From the NCBI GenBank assembly GCA_035606545.1, contig DATNFC010000017.1, forward strand, positions 1 to 43,104: a stretch of DNA of 43,104 nt. The letters run 5' to 3'. A program made the position numbers and the translations under genes. Positions 1 through 8,836 of the stretch are shown in pieces. Source of the stretch: Candidatus Methylomirabilota bacterium. GTDB lineage: Bacteria; Eisenbacteria; RBG-16-71-46. The notes under the pieces are model-generated. The model was not told the DNA's origin. It did not search any database and saw only the letters and a program-made list of their open reading frames with translations. Each line of letters begins with the position of its first letter. The first letter of the stretch is position 1.

Positions 1-960
1 GACGAGCCGTGCGCGGACCCGGCGGCGGTGCCGGCGCACCTGGTGGCGCGCGCCGCGAGCGAGCACGACATCACAGTCTTGCTCTCGGGCACCGGGGCCG
101 ACGAGCTGTTCGGCGGCTACCGGCGCCACCGGCTCCCGGGACTGCTCGCGAACCTGCGCTGGCTGCCACCGGCGCTCGCGCGGGCGGGCGCACGAGTCCT
201 CGGCGAGCGCGATCAGCATCGCCGCACGCTCTCCGGAGAACGGCTGGTGATGGCGCGCAAGCTGCTCGAGGCGCGCGGGCGTGGGCCGTTCCTCGCCGCC
301 TACCTCTCCACGCTCGAGCCGGTGCGGCCCGCGGCGTGGCGCGAGGCCACCGCGCTCCAGGTGGATCCCGCGTCGGTCGCCCGCGTGCTCGCCGCCGAGA
401 TGGCGCGGGAGTTCCCGACGCCCCCGGGATCGGCCGCGGCGCTGGCGTCGGCCGCGGATCACCTGTGGTACCTTCCCGACGATCTGCTTCTCAAGGAAGA
501 TCGAAGCACGATGGGGGCGTCGGTGGAGGGCCGCGTGCCCTACCTCGACGACGCTCTGGTTCGCTTCGCTGCGGCGCTCCCGATCTCCAGCCGCATCGAA
601 GGCGCGACCGGCAAGCGCATCCTGCGCCGGCTGGCCGAGCGAGTCTTGCCATCCGAGATCGTGACGCGTCGTAAGCATGGTTTCTCCGTTCCGATCGAAG
701 ACTGGCTCCGTGGCCCACTGGACGCCCTGGCCGGCGACACGTTCGCGGGTCGAGGCAGCGGGTTGTTTCACATGGACGTGATTCGACGCTGGCACCAGGA
801 GCACCGCCGTCACCGGGATCGTTCCGGTGCGCTGTGGGCCGCGCTGTGCTTCGAGCTGTGGTGGCGCGAAGTCGCCATGGCCGACACGGCCCGGCTCATC
901 GAGCGCGGACGCCCGCTGCGTCCGTCGCGGCTCGGTCCCGCGGCGGGAGCGCGCACGTGA
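1..960 (+). CDS. asnB: Asparagine synthetase (glutamine-hydrolysing) family amidotransferase, C-terminal synthetase domain; 5' end lies outside the window
   Basis: Frame 1 is open from nt 1. The translation DEPCADPAAVPAHLVARAASEHDITVLLSGTGADELFGGY matches the AsnB PP-loop region. Later blocks KEDRSTMGASVEGRVPYLD and GKRILR are typical of the AsnB C-terminal domain. Stop TGA at 958-960. Confidence 0.9.
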   Translation, partial: DEPCADPAAVPAHLVARAASEHDITVLLSGTGADELFGGYRRHRLPGLLANLRWLPPALARAGARVLGERDQHRRTLSGERLVMARKLLEARGRGPFLAAYLSTLEPVRPAAWREATALQVDPASVARVLAAEMAREFPTPPGSAAALASAADHLWYLPDDLLLKEDRSTMGASVEGRVPYLDDALVRFAAALPISSRIEGATGKRILRRLAERVLPSEIVTRRKHGFSVPIEDWLRGPLDALAGDTFAGRGSGLFHMDVIRRWHQEHRRHRDRSGALWAALCFELWWREVAMADTARLIERGRPLRPSRLGPAAGART

Positions 961-980
961 CCGCGGCCGACCGTGCCGCG

Positions 981-2189
981 ATGGCGACCGCGACCGCGTT
1001 CGCTCCCGCGCACACGCGGGCCGCGCGGCCGTTGCGCGTGCTCCACGTCATCACCCGCATGATGGTCGGCGGCGCGCAGGAGAACACGCTGCTGTCGTGC
1101 GCGCTGATCGACCCGGTGCTCTACCCGAGCACGCTCCTGACCGGACCCGAGACCGGGCAGGAGGGTTCGCTCCACGAGGAGGCCGCCGCCCGCGGCGTGC
1201 ACGTGATCGTGGAGCCGAACTTGGTGCGGCGCATCAGCCCGTGGCACGACCTCGTGGCCACGCTGCGGCTGCTGCGGATCATCCGCGCCGGCCACTACGA
1301 CATCGTGCACACGCACTCGTCGAAGGCGGGCATCCTCGGCCGTATCGCCGCGCGGCTCGCCGGCGTGCCGGTGATCGTGCACACGGCGCACGGCTGGGGT
1401 TTCAACGATCACCAGCCCTGGTACGTCTACTGGCTCTACGTGGTGCTCGAGCGCATGTGCGCGCCGTTCACGGACGCGCTCGTCGTGGTGGGCGCCCCGA
1501 ATCGCGAGAAGGGCCTGGCACTCGGGATCGGTCACGCCGAGCAGTACCGGTTGATCCGCTCCGGGATCGAGGTCCAGGCGTTCCGCGACGTGAGGACGCC
1601 CCGCGACGAGGCGCGGCGACGGCTGGGGCTTCCGCGCGACGCGTTCGTGATCGGCAGCGTCGGCAGGCTCGAGGGGCAGAAGGCGCCGCTCGATCTGCTC
1701 GCCGCGTTCCTGCCCGTGGCGGCGGAGCATCCCGGGGCGCACCTCGTCTACGTGGGCGAAGGCTCGTGGCGCGGCGTGCTGGAAGCGGCGATCGCGCGCG
1801 CGGGGCTCCAAGCGCGCGTCCACCTCGCCGGGCTCCGGCGCGACGTGCCCGAGCTGCTGCGCGCGTTCGACGTGTTCGCGCTCGCCTCGCGCTGGGAGGG
1901 CCTGCCGCGCGTGTTCCCGCAGGCGATGGCGGCGGGGCTGCCGATCGTGGCGACACGCGTGGACGGCGCCCCCGACGCGGTGACGCCGGGCGAGAACGGC
2001 TGGCTGGTCGAGGTCGGCGACATGGCCACGATGGCCAGGTACCTGCGCACGCTCGCGGGTGACCCGGCGATGGCGCGACGGATGGGGGCCGCAGGACGCG
2101 CACGGGTGGACGAGTTCGCGGTCGAGCGCATGGTCGAAGCGCTCGCCGAGCTCTACACCACGCTCAGCGCGGACGGTGGAGGCGCGTGA
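981..2189 (+). CDS. Glycosyltransferase family 4 (GT-B fold)
   Basis: N-terminus LRVLHVITRMMVGGAQENTL. C-terminal donor-binding block RWEGLPRVFPQAMAAGLPIVATRVDGAPDAVTPGENGWLV (E-x7-E region). ATG 981 is chosen as start. GTG 957, overlapping the asnB stop, is an alternative. The ORF-track start at 834 would overlap asnB by more than 120 nt. Confidence 0.85.
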   Translation: MATATAFAPAHTRAARPLRVLHVITRMMVGGAQENTLLSCALIDPVLYPSTLLTGPETGQEGSLHEEAAARGVHVIVEPNLVRRISPWHDLVATLRLLRIIRAGHYDIVHTHSSKAGILGRIAARLAGVPVIVHTAHGWGFNDHQPWYVYWLYVVLERMCAPFTDALVVVGAPNREKGLALGIGHAEQYRLIRSGIEVQAFRDVRTPRDEARRRLGLPRDAFVIGSVGRLEGQKAPLDLLAAFLPVAAEHPGAHLVYVGEGSWRGVLEAAIARAGLQARVHLAGLRRDVPELLRAFDVFALASRWEGLPRVFPQAMAAGLPIVATRVDGAPDAVTPGENGWLVEVGDMATMARYLRTLAGDPAMARRMGAAGRARVDEFAVERMVEALAELYTTLSADGGGA

Positions 2190-3277
2190 CGTCTGCGGTT
2201 CGGGCCGCCGCGGTCGCGGCCCTCGTGCTCACGGGCGCGTGCGCGCTCGGCGCGGCCTCACCGGGCAAGAAGCTCATCGAGTTCGGCTGGGACGAGCCCG
2301 ACACGCGCTTCATGCGCGAGCACATCGCCCAGCTGCAGGCGAGCCCGTTCGACGGCTGCGTGTTCCACGTGAGCTTCCGGTTGGCGAACGGCACGCAGCG
2401 CAACTTCAGCTGGGACCTGTGGGGTCGGAACCGCATCCCGGCCGCGCTGCTCGATTCCGCCCGCGCCGATCTCGTGGCGACGCGGTTCGGACGCTTCCGC
2501 GAGAACTTCCTGCGCGTCAACGTGACCCCGGGGGACCTCGACTGGTTCGAGGATCACAGCGCGCTGATGAGCAACCTCGAGCTGGCCGCACGCCTGGCGA
2601 AGGCGGGCGGCTGCCGGGGGATCCTGCTGGACACCGAGCCGTACCGCGCGCCGCTCTGGGACCTCCGCGAGCAGACGAAGACACACCCGCATGCGACGGA
2701 CAGCCTGTACGCGCAGGTGCGCCACCGCGGCGCCGAGGCCATGGCCGCGCTCGAACGCGGCTACCCGGGACTCACCGTGTTCCTGACGTTCGGTTACTCG
2801 GAGCCGCTGATCCAGAGCGTCGGATATCGGAAGCCGGTGAGCGACACCCGCTACGCGCTGCTCGTGCCGTTCCTGGACGGGATGTTCGGCACCGCGAGCG
2901 ACAGCGTCGTGATCGTGGACGGGCACGAGGGGTCGTATTCCTTTCGCGATCCGGCGCAGTTCGCGGCGAACGCCGATACCATGCGCCGCGCGGTGCGTCG
3001 CCTGGTAGCCCAGCCGGAGCGCTACACGCGCCGGCTCTCGGTGGGCTTCGGGATCTGGCTGGACCTGAACTCGGACCACGTCGCCTGGCACGTGGACCGA
3101 CCCGAGTCGAACTACTTCACGCCGGCGGCGTTCGCCGTCTCGGTGCAGGCGGCGTTGGACCACGCCGATCGCTACGTCTGGATCTACAGCCAGGAACCGC
3201 GGTGGTGGACGGCCGCGGGCGGCCCTCAGAAGCTGCCCGCGGCGTACGATTCCGTACTGCGGGCCGCGCGTCGCTGA
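2186..3277 (+). CDS. Hypothetical secreted protein or lipoprotein, function unknown (possibly glycoside-hydrolase-like)
   Basis: GTG 2186 overlaps the upstream TGA (GTGA). The N-terminus MTSAVRAAAVAALVLTGACALGAASPG looks like a signal peptide with a lipobox-like LTGAC. The frame is clean with non-Arg-biased composition. I recognise no family. The block GILLDTEPY is weakly reminiscent of TIM-barrel glycosidase acid/base strands. Confidence 0.7.
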   Translation: MTSAVRAAAVAALVLTGACALGAASPGKKLIEFGWDEPDTRFMREHIAQLQASPFDGCVFHVSFRLANGTQRNFSWDLWGRNRIPAALLDSARADLVATRFGRFRENFLRVNVTPGDLDWFEDHSALMSNLELAARLAKAGGCRGILLDTEPYRAPLWDLREQTKTHPHATDSLYAQVRHRGAEAMAALERGYPGLTVFLTFGYSEPLIQSVGYRKPVSDTRYALLVPFLDGMFGTASDSVVIVDGHEGSYSFRDPAQFAANADTMRRAVRRLVAQPERYTRRLSVGFGIWLDLNSDHVAWHVDRPESNYFTPAAFAVSVQAALDHADRYVWIYSQEPRWWTAAGGPQKLPAAYDSVLRAARR

Positions 3278-3337
3278 CCGCGCCCAGCGCCTCCTCGCGG
3301 CGTTCCGGTCCCGGGGGCGCACACGGCGGGGCGCCGC

Positions 3338-3904
3338 TCACTTCTCCAGCTCGACCACGATGTTCTCGGCCGGGACAGCCCTGAGGAACGTCCGCTCGTA
3401 CGTGATGCGGGATCTCCGGGAGAGATTGACGAACCACCCGAAGACGGCATGGAGTGCGGTCGAGGGCGTGACTTCGAACGTGATGCGCTCGTCCACGAGA
3501 CGCGCGAAGGTGAAGCCGAAGTAGTAGGGTCGCTCCGCGCGCCTCCGGCTGCCGTTGACGAAGAAGTCGAACCACTCGATCGCGAACCGGTTCTTGTGCG
3601 TGGGATCGATGTAGTTGTTGCGGGAAGTGAAGTGCGGGACCCGGATCGCCAGGTGCCCGCCCCGATCCAGGATCCGATGCAGCTCCCTCAGCGTCGCGAC
3701 GGGGTCAGCGAGATGCTCGAGCACGTCCTGCGCCAGGATGTAGTCGAAGGACCCGTCCGGGAACGGCAACGGGAGGCCATCGAGGTCGTGTACGACGTCA
3801 ACGCCGGGGATCTCACGGCTCGAGTCGAGGTTCACCCATCCGGGGCGGATGTCGGTGCCGCAGCCAAGGTTGAGCTTTCGGCCATCGACCATGCCGGGCA
3901 ACAT
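3338..3904 (-). CDS. Class I SAM-dependent methyltransferase (Methyltransf_11-like)
   Basis: KLNLGCGTDIRPGWVNLD (motif I), FPDGSFDYILAQDVLEHL and LHRILDRGGHLAI are canonical class I methyltransferase motifs. ATG 3904 is preferred as start. GTG 3919 and ATG 3892 are alternatives. Confidence 0.85.
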   Translation of the reverse strand: MLPGMVDGRKLNLGCGTDIRPGWVNLDSSREIPGVDVVHDLDGLPLPFPDGSFDYILAQDVLEHLADPVATLRELHRILDRGGHLAIRVPHFTSRNNYIDPTHKNRFAIEWFDFFVNGSRRRAERPYYFGFTFARLVDERITFEVTPSTALHAVFGWFVNLSRRSRITYERTFLRAVPAENIVVELEK

Positions 3905-3909
3905 AACCC

Positions 3910-5052
3910 GTGACGCCACGCATCGCCATCCTCGCGGACTACCTCGAAGAAGGATGGACGAGCATGGACCACTACGCGGCCATGCTCATGCAGCATCTCG
4001 GCAACGACCGCCGGTTCGAGAGCGTGCTCGTGCGCCCCACGTTCCACCACCGCATGGGGCGCATGCCGTGGCTCTTCGGTCCGCGGCACGGCCGCACGCT
4101 CGATCGCTACATCAATCGCTACCTGGAGTATCCCCGGGCGGCAGCCCGAAGGAGCGACGTCGACCTGTTCCACGTCGTGGACCAGACCTACGCCCATGTC
4201 GCGACGCGACTGCCGGCGAAGCTCACCGTGGTCACCTGCCACGACCTCGACTTCGCCGATCCTCCCCCGGGGACGCGAAAGGCGTGGCTGGTGCGCACGA
4301 CCGGGGCGACGGCGCTCCGCGGATTGCGAACCGCGGCGCGAGTGATCTGTGACAGCGACGCGATCCGCGCGGAGATCCTCCGGCGCGGGCTCGTCGAGCC
4401 GCACCGGCTCTCGGTCATCCCGCTCGGGGTCGAGGAGGTGTTCGGGCCCGATGGACCGCCGGCGCTCTCGCCCGAAACGGAGGCGCTGCTCGCGAGGGCG
4501 GGCTCCGGCCCGATGATCCTCCACGTCGGGGCCATGGTGCCGCGCAAGCGCCTCGACCTGTTGCTGCGCGCGTTCACACTGCTCCGGCGGGATCTCGCCG
4601 GAGCCACGCTGGTGCGCGTCGGCGGCCCGCTGGCGCCCGCGATGCGTGCGCTCGCCGAGCAGCTCGGGATCGCGTCGGCGATCGTCGAGATGCCGTTCCT
4701 GTCCCGCGCGGAGCTGGCCGCGACCTACCGGCGCGCGGACGTCTTCCTGTTGTGCTCTGAAACCGAGGGGTTCGCGCTTCCGGTGCTGGAGGCGATGGCG
4801 TGCGGGCTCCCGGTCGTGGCCCGTGAACTCCCTGCCGTCCGGGAAGTCGCCGGCGACGCGATCCGACATGTGCCCGGCGCGGATCCGGCGGCGTTCGCAG
4901 CTGCGGTGGCCGCGCTGCTCCGCGACCGGAACCTGCACGGCTCGCTGCGTCGGCGCGGACTCGATCGCGCCGCGACGTTCCGCTGGGGACGCACGGCGGA
5001 GATGACGGCACAGGTCTACCAGGAAGTGCTGGGAGAGCAGCGCGATCCGTAG
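3910..5052 (+). CDS. Glycosyltransferase family 4
   Basis: RIAILADYLEEGWTSMDHY at the N-terminus. C-terminal block ADVFLLCSETEGFALPVLEAMACGLPVVARELPAVREVAGDA (E-x7-E). GTG start at 3910. Confidence 0.88.
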   Translation: MTPRIAILADYLEEGWTSMDHYAAMLMQHLGNDRRFESVLVRPTFHHRMGRMPWLFGPRHGRTLDRYINRYLEYPRAAARRSDVDLFHVVDQTYAHVATRLPAKLTVVTCHDLDFADPPPGTRKAWLVRTTGATALRGLRTAARVICDSDAIRAEILRRGLVEPHRLSVIPLGVEEVFGPDGPPALSPETEALLARAGSGPMILHVGAMVPRKRLDLLLRAFTLLRRDLAGATLVRVGGPLAPAMRALAEQLGIASAIVEMPFLSRAELAATYRRADVFLLCSETEGFALPVLEAMACGLPVVARELPAVREVAGDAIRHVPGADPAAFAAAVAALLRDRNLHGSLRRRGLDRAATFRWGRTAEMTAQVYQEVLGEQRDP

Positions 5053-5118
5053 CCAGGCGCCATTCTTCCGCGACGCGGCCGGCCTGCTCGACGGATACCC
5101 ACGACCGCGCTAGGTTGC

Positions 5119-5150
5119 CCGGATGGTTCCGATTCTCGGAACGGGTCCGG
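5119..5150 (+). promoter_or_regulatory. Imperfect hairpin in the 156-bp leader upstream of rfbF
   Basis: In ccggatggttccgattctcggaacgggtccgg, ccgga (5119-5123) pairs with tccgg (5146-5150) and gttccg (5126-5131) pairs with cggaac (5137-5142). The loop is attct. No U-tract follows, so the function is unknown. Confidence 0.2.
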
Positions 5151-5208
5151 GTTCGCGGTCGACCCGGAGAGCCGCGGTGGCGCACCGGATCAGGGAGAGA
5201 GCGGGCGC

Positions 5209-5976
5209 ATGAAGGTGGTCATTCTGGCGGGTGGACTCGGAAGCCGGCTCCAGGAGGAGACGACCGTCCGCCCCAAGCCGATGGTGGAGATCGGCGGCAA
5301 GCCGATCCTGTGGCACATCCTCAACATCTACGCGGCGCACGGCTTCCAGGAGTTCGTGGTCGCGCTCGGCTACAAGGGCGAGTTCATCAAGGACTACTTC
5401 CTCAACTTCTACGCGCTCAACAACGACGTCACCGTGGACCTCGCCTCGGGCGAGGCTCGCATCCACCGCAGCGGCGGGCCGTCGTGGAAGGTGCACCTCG
5501 TGGACACCGGCGCGAGCACGCAGACCGGCGGGCGGCTGAAGCGGCTCGCCCCCCTCCTCGGCGACGGCACGTTCATGCTGACGTACGGCGATGGCGTCGC
5601 CGACGTGCGCGTGAAGGACCTGGTCGCGTTCCATCGCTCGCACGGCAAGTTGGCCACGGTGACCGCGGTGCGACCACCGTCGCGATTCGGGAGCTTCCTG
5701 CTCGACGGCAATCGCATCCGCGAGTTCCAGGAGAAACCCCAGACCGGCGAAGGCTGGATCAACGGTGGCTTCTTCGTGCTGGAGCCGGGCGTCCTCGACC
5801 TGATCGAGGGGGACGAGACCTACTGGGAGCGCGCGCCGATGGAGAAGCTGGCGGCCGATGGCCAGCTGATGGCCTACCGCCACGAGGGTTTCTGGCAGGC
5901 CATGGACACGCTGCGCGAGCGCCGCGTGCTCGACGAGCTGTGGGCCTCGGGCCGCCCGCCGTGGAAGGTCTGGTAG
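5209..5976 (+). CDS. rfbF: Glucose-1-phosphate cytidylyltransferase
   Basis: MKVVILAGGLGSRLQEETTVRPKPMVEIGGKPILWHILNIY, GGRLKRL, TYGDGVADV, INGGFFVL and GFWQAMDTLRE are near-identical in pattern to Salmonella RfbF as I recall it. ATG 5209 is preceded by GGGAGAGAG. Confidence 0.95.
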   Translation: MKVVILAGGLGSRLQEETTVRPKPMVEIGGKPILWHILNIYAAHGFQEFVVALGYKGEFIKDYFLNFYALNNDVTVDLASGEARIHRSGGPSWKVHLVDTGASTQTGGRLKRLAPLLGDGTFMLTYGDGVADVRVKDLVAFHRSHGKLATVTAVRPPSRFGSFLLDGNRIREFQEKPQTGEGWINGGFFVLEPGVLDLIEGDETYWERAPMEKLAADGQLMAYRHEGFWQAMDTLRERRVLDELWASGRPPWKVW

Positions 5977-7224
5977 GTGCGCACCGCCGACTTCGTCGTG
6001 GTGGGCGCCGGCGTCATGGGCGTCAACATCGCGATCGAGCTCAAGCGGCGCCACGGTGGCGCGCGCGTCCGCCTGATCGAGAAGGAACCCGCTCCCGGGC
6101 TGCACGCCAGCGGTCGCAACAGCGGCGTGCTGCATGCGGGCTTCTACTACACCGCCGACAGCCTGAAAGCGAAGTTCACGCGGGTCGGCAACCAGCTCAT
6201 GCAGGAGTACTGCCTGTCCCGCGGGCTGCGCGTGAACCGCTGCGGCAAGCTCGTGGTGACCCGGGACGAATCGGAACTCGGCGCGCTGGACGAGCTGCAC
6301 CGGCGCGGACAGCGAAATGGGGTCGAGCTCCACGAAGTCAGCGAACGCGAGGCGCGAGGCATCGAGCCGCGCGCGCGCACGACCCTGAGGGCGCTCTACT
6401 CCCCGACCACCGCCACGGTGGACCCCAAGGCGGTCATGCACGCCTTCGTCGAGGATGCGCGCGGTCTCGGCGTGGAGCTCGAGTTCGACTGCGCCTACCG
6501 CGGCCGGTCGGACCATGGCGTGCGGACGAGCCGGGGGGACTTCGACTGCGGCTACCTGGTGAACGCGGCCGGGCTCCAGGCGGACAACATCGCCCGGGAT
6601 TTCGGCTTCTCCGAGCACCTCCGGATCCTCCCGTTCAAGGGTCTCTACCTCTACTCGGATGAACCGCCCGGCGCGTTCCGCACCAACATCTACCCGGTCC
6701 CCAACCTCGCGAATCCCTTCCTCGGCGTGCACTTCACGGTCAACGTCGATGGCCACGCCAAGATCGGCCCGACCGCGATCCCCTGCCTGTGGCGGGAACA
6801 GTACGGCGGCGCCTCGGGGTTCAAGCTCGGCGAGCTGGCGCCCACGCTCTGGGCCTGCCTCGGGCTCGCGTTCCACGCCGGCTTCGACTTCCGCGCGCTG
6901 GCGCTCGAGGAGCTGCGAAAACGCGGCCGCAAGCACATGGTGGCGCTGGCGGCGAAACTTGCCGATGGTGTAAGCGTCGAGCAGTATTCGAGGTGGGGTG
7001 CACCGGGCATCCGCGCGCAGCTCATGGATGTCCGGAAGCGCACCCTGGTCCAGGACTTCTGCCTCGAGGGGGATGAACGCTCGCTGCACGTGCTGAACGC
7101 GGTCTCCCCGGGGTGGACCTGCTCCATTCCCTTCAGCCGGTTCGTCTGCGACCAGGTGGAGGTCAGCCAGCAACGGAGTCCATCGACCCCGATCGACCCG
7201 CCGAGTCTCGCGAGCGCCGGGTAG
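5977..7224 (+). CDS. FAD-dependent oxidoreductase of the L-2-hydroxyglutarate oxidase/dehydrogenase (LhgO-like, DAO superfamily) type
   Basis: DFVVVGAGVMGVNIA (dinucleotide-binding GxGxxG). HASGRNSGVLHAGFYYTADSLKAKF matches E. coli LhgO [25 protein letters not shown] as recalled. Also PFKGLYLY, NPFLGVHFT, GIRAQL and HVLNAVSPGWTCSIPF. GTG 5977 directly follows the rfbF stop TAG (5974-5976). Confidence 0.88.
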   Translation: MRTADFVVVGAGVMGVNIAIELKRRHGGARVRLIEKEPAPGLHASGRNSGVLHAGFYYTADSLKAKFTRVGNQLMQEYCLSRGLRVNRCGKLVVTRDESELGALDELHRRGQRNGVELHEVSEREARGIEPRARTTLRALYSPTTATVDPKAVMHAFVEDARGLGVELEFDCAYRGRSDHGVRTSRGDFDCGYLVNAAGLQADNIARDFGFSEHLRILPFKGLYLYSDEPPGAFRTNIYPVPNLANPFLGVHFTVNVDGHAKIGPTAIPCLWREQYGGASGFKLGELAPTLWACLGLAFHAGFDFRALALEELRKRGRKHMVALAAKLADGVSVEQYSRWGAPGIRAQLMDVRKRTLVQDFCLEGDERSLHVLNAVSPGWTCSIPFSRFVCDQVEVSQQRSPSTPIDPPSLASAG

Positions 7225-7265
7225 CGGTCGGGGCAGCAGGCCGCCAAGGAAGGTAAGGCAACGCC

Positions 7266-8309
7266 ATGCGAGTGCTCGTCACAGGGAATCTGGGCTACGT
7301 CGGAACGGTGATGACGCCGCTGCTCGAGCGCGATGGCCATGAGGTCCGCGGCCTCGACACCGGCTATTTCGACCGCTGTGTCATGGGCGACCTGGGTGCG
7401 TCCGGCGTCAGCCAACAGCTGGACCGCGACATCCGCGAGGTCGAGCCCGCCGACGTCGCGGGCGTCGATGCGGTGATCCACCTGGCCGGACTCTCGAACG
7501 ACCCGACCGGCGACCTGGATCCCAGGCTCACCGAGGCCATCAACCTCGAAGGCACCGTGCGCCTCGCCGAGGTCGCCAAGCGCGCCGGCGTATCGCGTTT
7601 CCTGTTCGCCTCGTCCTGCAGCATCTACGGCCAGGGCGATGGCGGTGCGCTCACGGAGGCCGCCGAGTTCAATCCCCTCACCGCGTACGCCCGCTCCAAG
7701 GTGGCGGCCGAGGCGGCGCTCCACCGGCTGGCCGACTCCGGCTTCTCGCCGGTCTACCTGCGGAACGCCACCGCCTACGGATTCTCGCCGCGCCTGCGGT
7801 TCGACATCGTGGTCAACAACCTGACCGGCTGGGCGTTCACGACCGGCGAGGTGAAGCTCCTGAGCGACGGCCGGGCGTGGCGGCCGCTCGTGCACGTGGA
7901 GGACATGTCGCGTGCGTTCGCGGCCACGCTTCGGGCTCCGCGAGATCGCGTGCACGACCAGGCGCTCAACGTCGGGCGCGAACAGGACAACTTCCAGATC
8001 CGCGACATCGCCGAGGCGGTGGCCAGGGAGCTGCCGAGGTGCCGCGTGACGTTCGCCGAGGGCGCCTCGGCCGACAGCCGCAACTACAACGTCTCCTTCG
8101 CCCGCATCCGCGAGCGACTCCCCGAGTTCCAGCCGCAGTGGGACGTCGCCAAGGGCATCCGCCAGCTCCACGCGGCGTTCAAGCGGAACGGGCTCACGTA
8201 CGAGCAGTTCGCCGGCCGCGAGTTCACAAGGCTCAAGCAGCTTCAGCACCTGCTCGAGCGCGAGGCGCTGCGCGGCGACCTGATGTGGAACCCTGTGGCC
8301 AAGGCATGA
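7266..8309 (+). CDS. NAD-dependent epimerase/dehydratase family protein (extended SDR)
   Basis: MRVLVTGNLGYVGTVM (GxxGxxG), ASSCSIYG and YARSK (Ser-Tyr-Lys triad). SD-like aaggaaggtaagg lies upstream of ATG 7266. Confidence 0.88.
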   Translation: MRVLVTGNLGYVGTVMTPLLERDGHEVRGLDTGYFDRCVMGDLGASGVSQQLDRDIREVEPADVAGVDAVIHLAGLSNDPTGDLDPRLTEAINLEGTVRLAEVAKRAGVSRFLFASSCSIYGQGDGGALTEAAEFNPLTAYARSKVAAEAALHRLADSGFSPVYLRNATAYGFSPRLRFDIVVNNLTGWAFTTGEVKLLSDGRAWRPLVHVEDMSRAFAATLRAPRDRVHDQALNVGREQDNFQIRDIAEAVARELPRCRVTFAEGASADSRNYNVSFARIRERLPEFQPQWDVAKGIRQLHAAFKRNGLTYEQFAGREFTRLKQLQHLLEREALRGDLMWNPVAKA

Positions 8310-8836
8310 TCTTCACGGCGCTGCCGCTCGCCGGGGCCCATGTCATCGATCTGGAGCCACGGCGCGACGAGCGCGGCTTCTTCGCGCGGGGTTTCTGTGC
8401 GAACGAGTTCGCGGCGCACGGGCTCAAGACGCAGATCGTGCAGGCGAACCTGTCGCAGAACGTCAAGCGTGGCACCGTGCGGGGCATGCACTACCAGCGT
8501 GCACCGTTCGCCGAGGTGAAGCTCGTGCGCTGCACCCATGGCGCCATCTTCGATGCGATCATCGATCTGCGGCCGGATTCGCCGACGTATCTCAAGTGGA
8601 CGAGCGTCGAGCTGAGCCGGGAGAACCGGCGCATGCTCTACGTGCCCGAGGGCTTCGCGCATGGCTACCAGGCGCTCACCGACGACAGCGAGGTGCTGTA
8701 CCTGGTGACGCAGTTCTACGCCCCCGAGCACGAGGCCGCGATCCGCTGGAACGATCCCCGGTTCGCGATCCGCTGGCCGATCGCGGACGTCGTGCTGTCG
8801 CCCAAGGACGCGGCGCACCCGGACTTCCAGCCGTGA
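8306..8836 (+). CDS. rfbC: dTDP-4-dehydrorhamnose 3,5-epimerase-like cupin (NDP-4-keto-sugar 3,5-epimerase)
   Basis: DERGFFARGF, VRGMHYQ, KLVRCTHGAIFDAIIDLR, LYVPEGFAHGY and FYAPEHEAAIRWNDP parallel RmlC motifs. ATG 8306 overlaps the upstream TGA (ATGA). Confidence 0.92.
   Translation: MIFTALPLAGAHVIDLEPRRDERGFFARGFCANEFAAHGLKTQIVQANLSQNVKRGTVRGMHYQRAPFAEVKLVRCTHGAIFDAIIDLRPDSPTYLKWTSVELSRENRRMLYVPEGFAHGYQALTDDSEVLYLVTQFYAPEHEAAIRWNDPRFAIRWPIADVVLSPKDAAHPDFQP

Noticed and set aside
3278-3337. Short GC-rich inverted repeats (ggcgc ... gcgcc) between convergent genes, as a possible bidirectional terminator
   Set aside because: The stem is only ~5 bp with a long loop and no U/A tracts. It is indistinguishable from chance palindromes in GC-rich DNA.
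5110-7173. 687-aa minus-strand ORF opposite rfbF and the flavoprotein gene; similar cases at 9378-12359 (minus), 810-1823 (minus), 22018-24069 (plus), 26575-28770 (plus), 12166-13713 (plus) and 14256-15641 (plus)
   Set aside because: Each overlaps a gene on the other strand or frame that carries clear family motifs. All have Arg/Pro/Gly/Ala-heavy composition and lack motifs.
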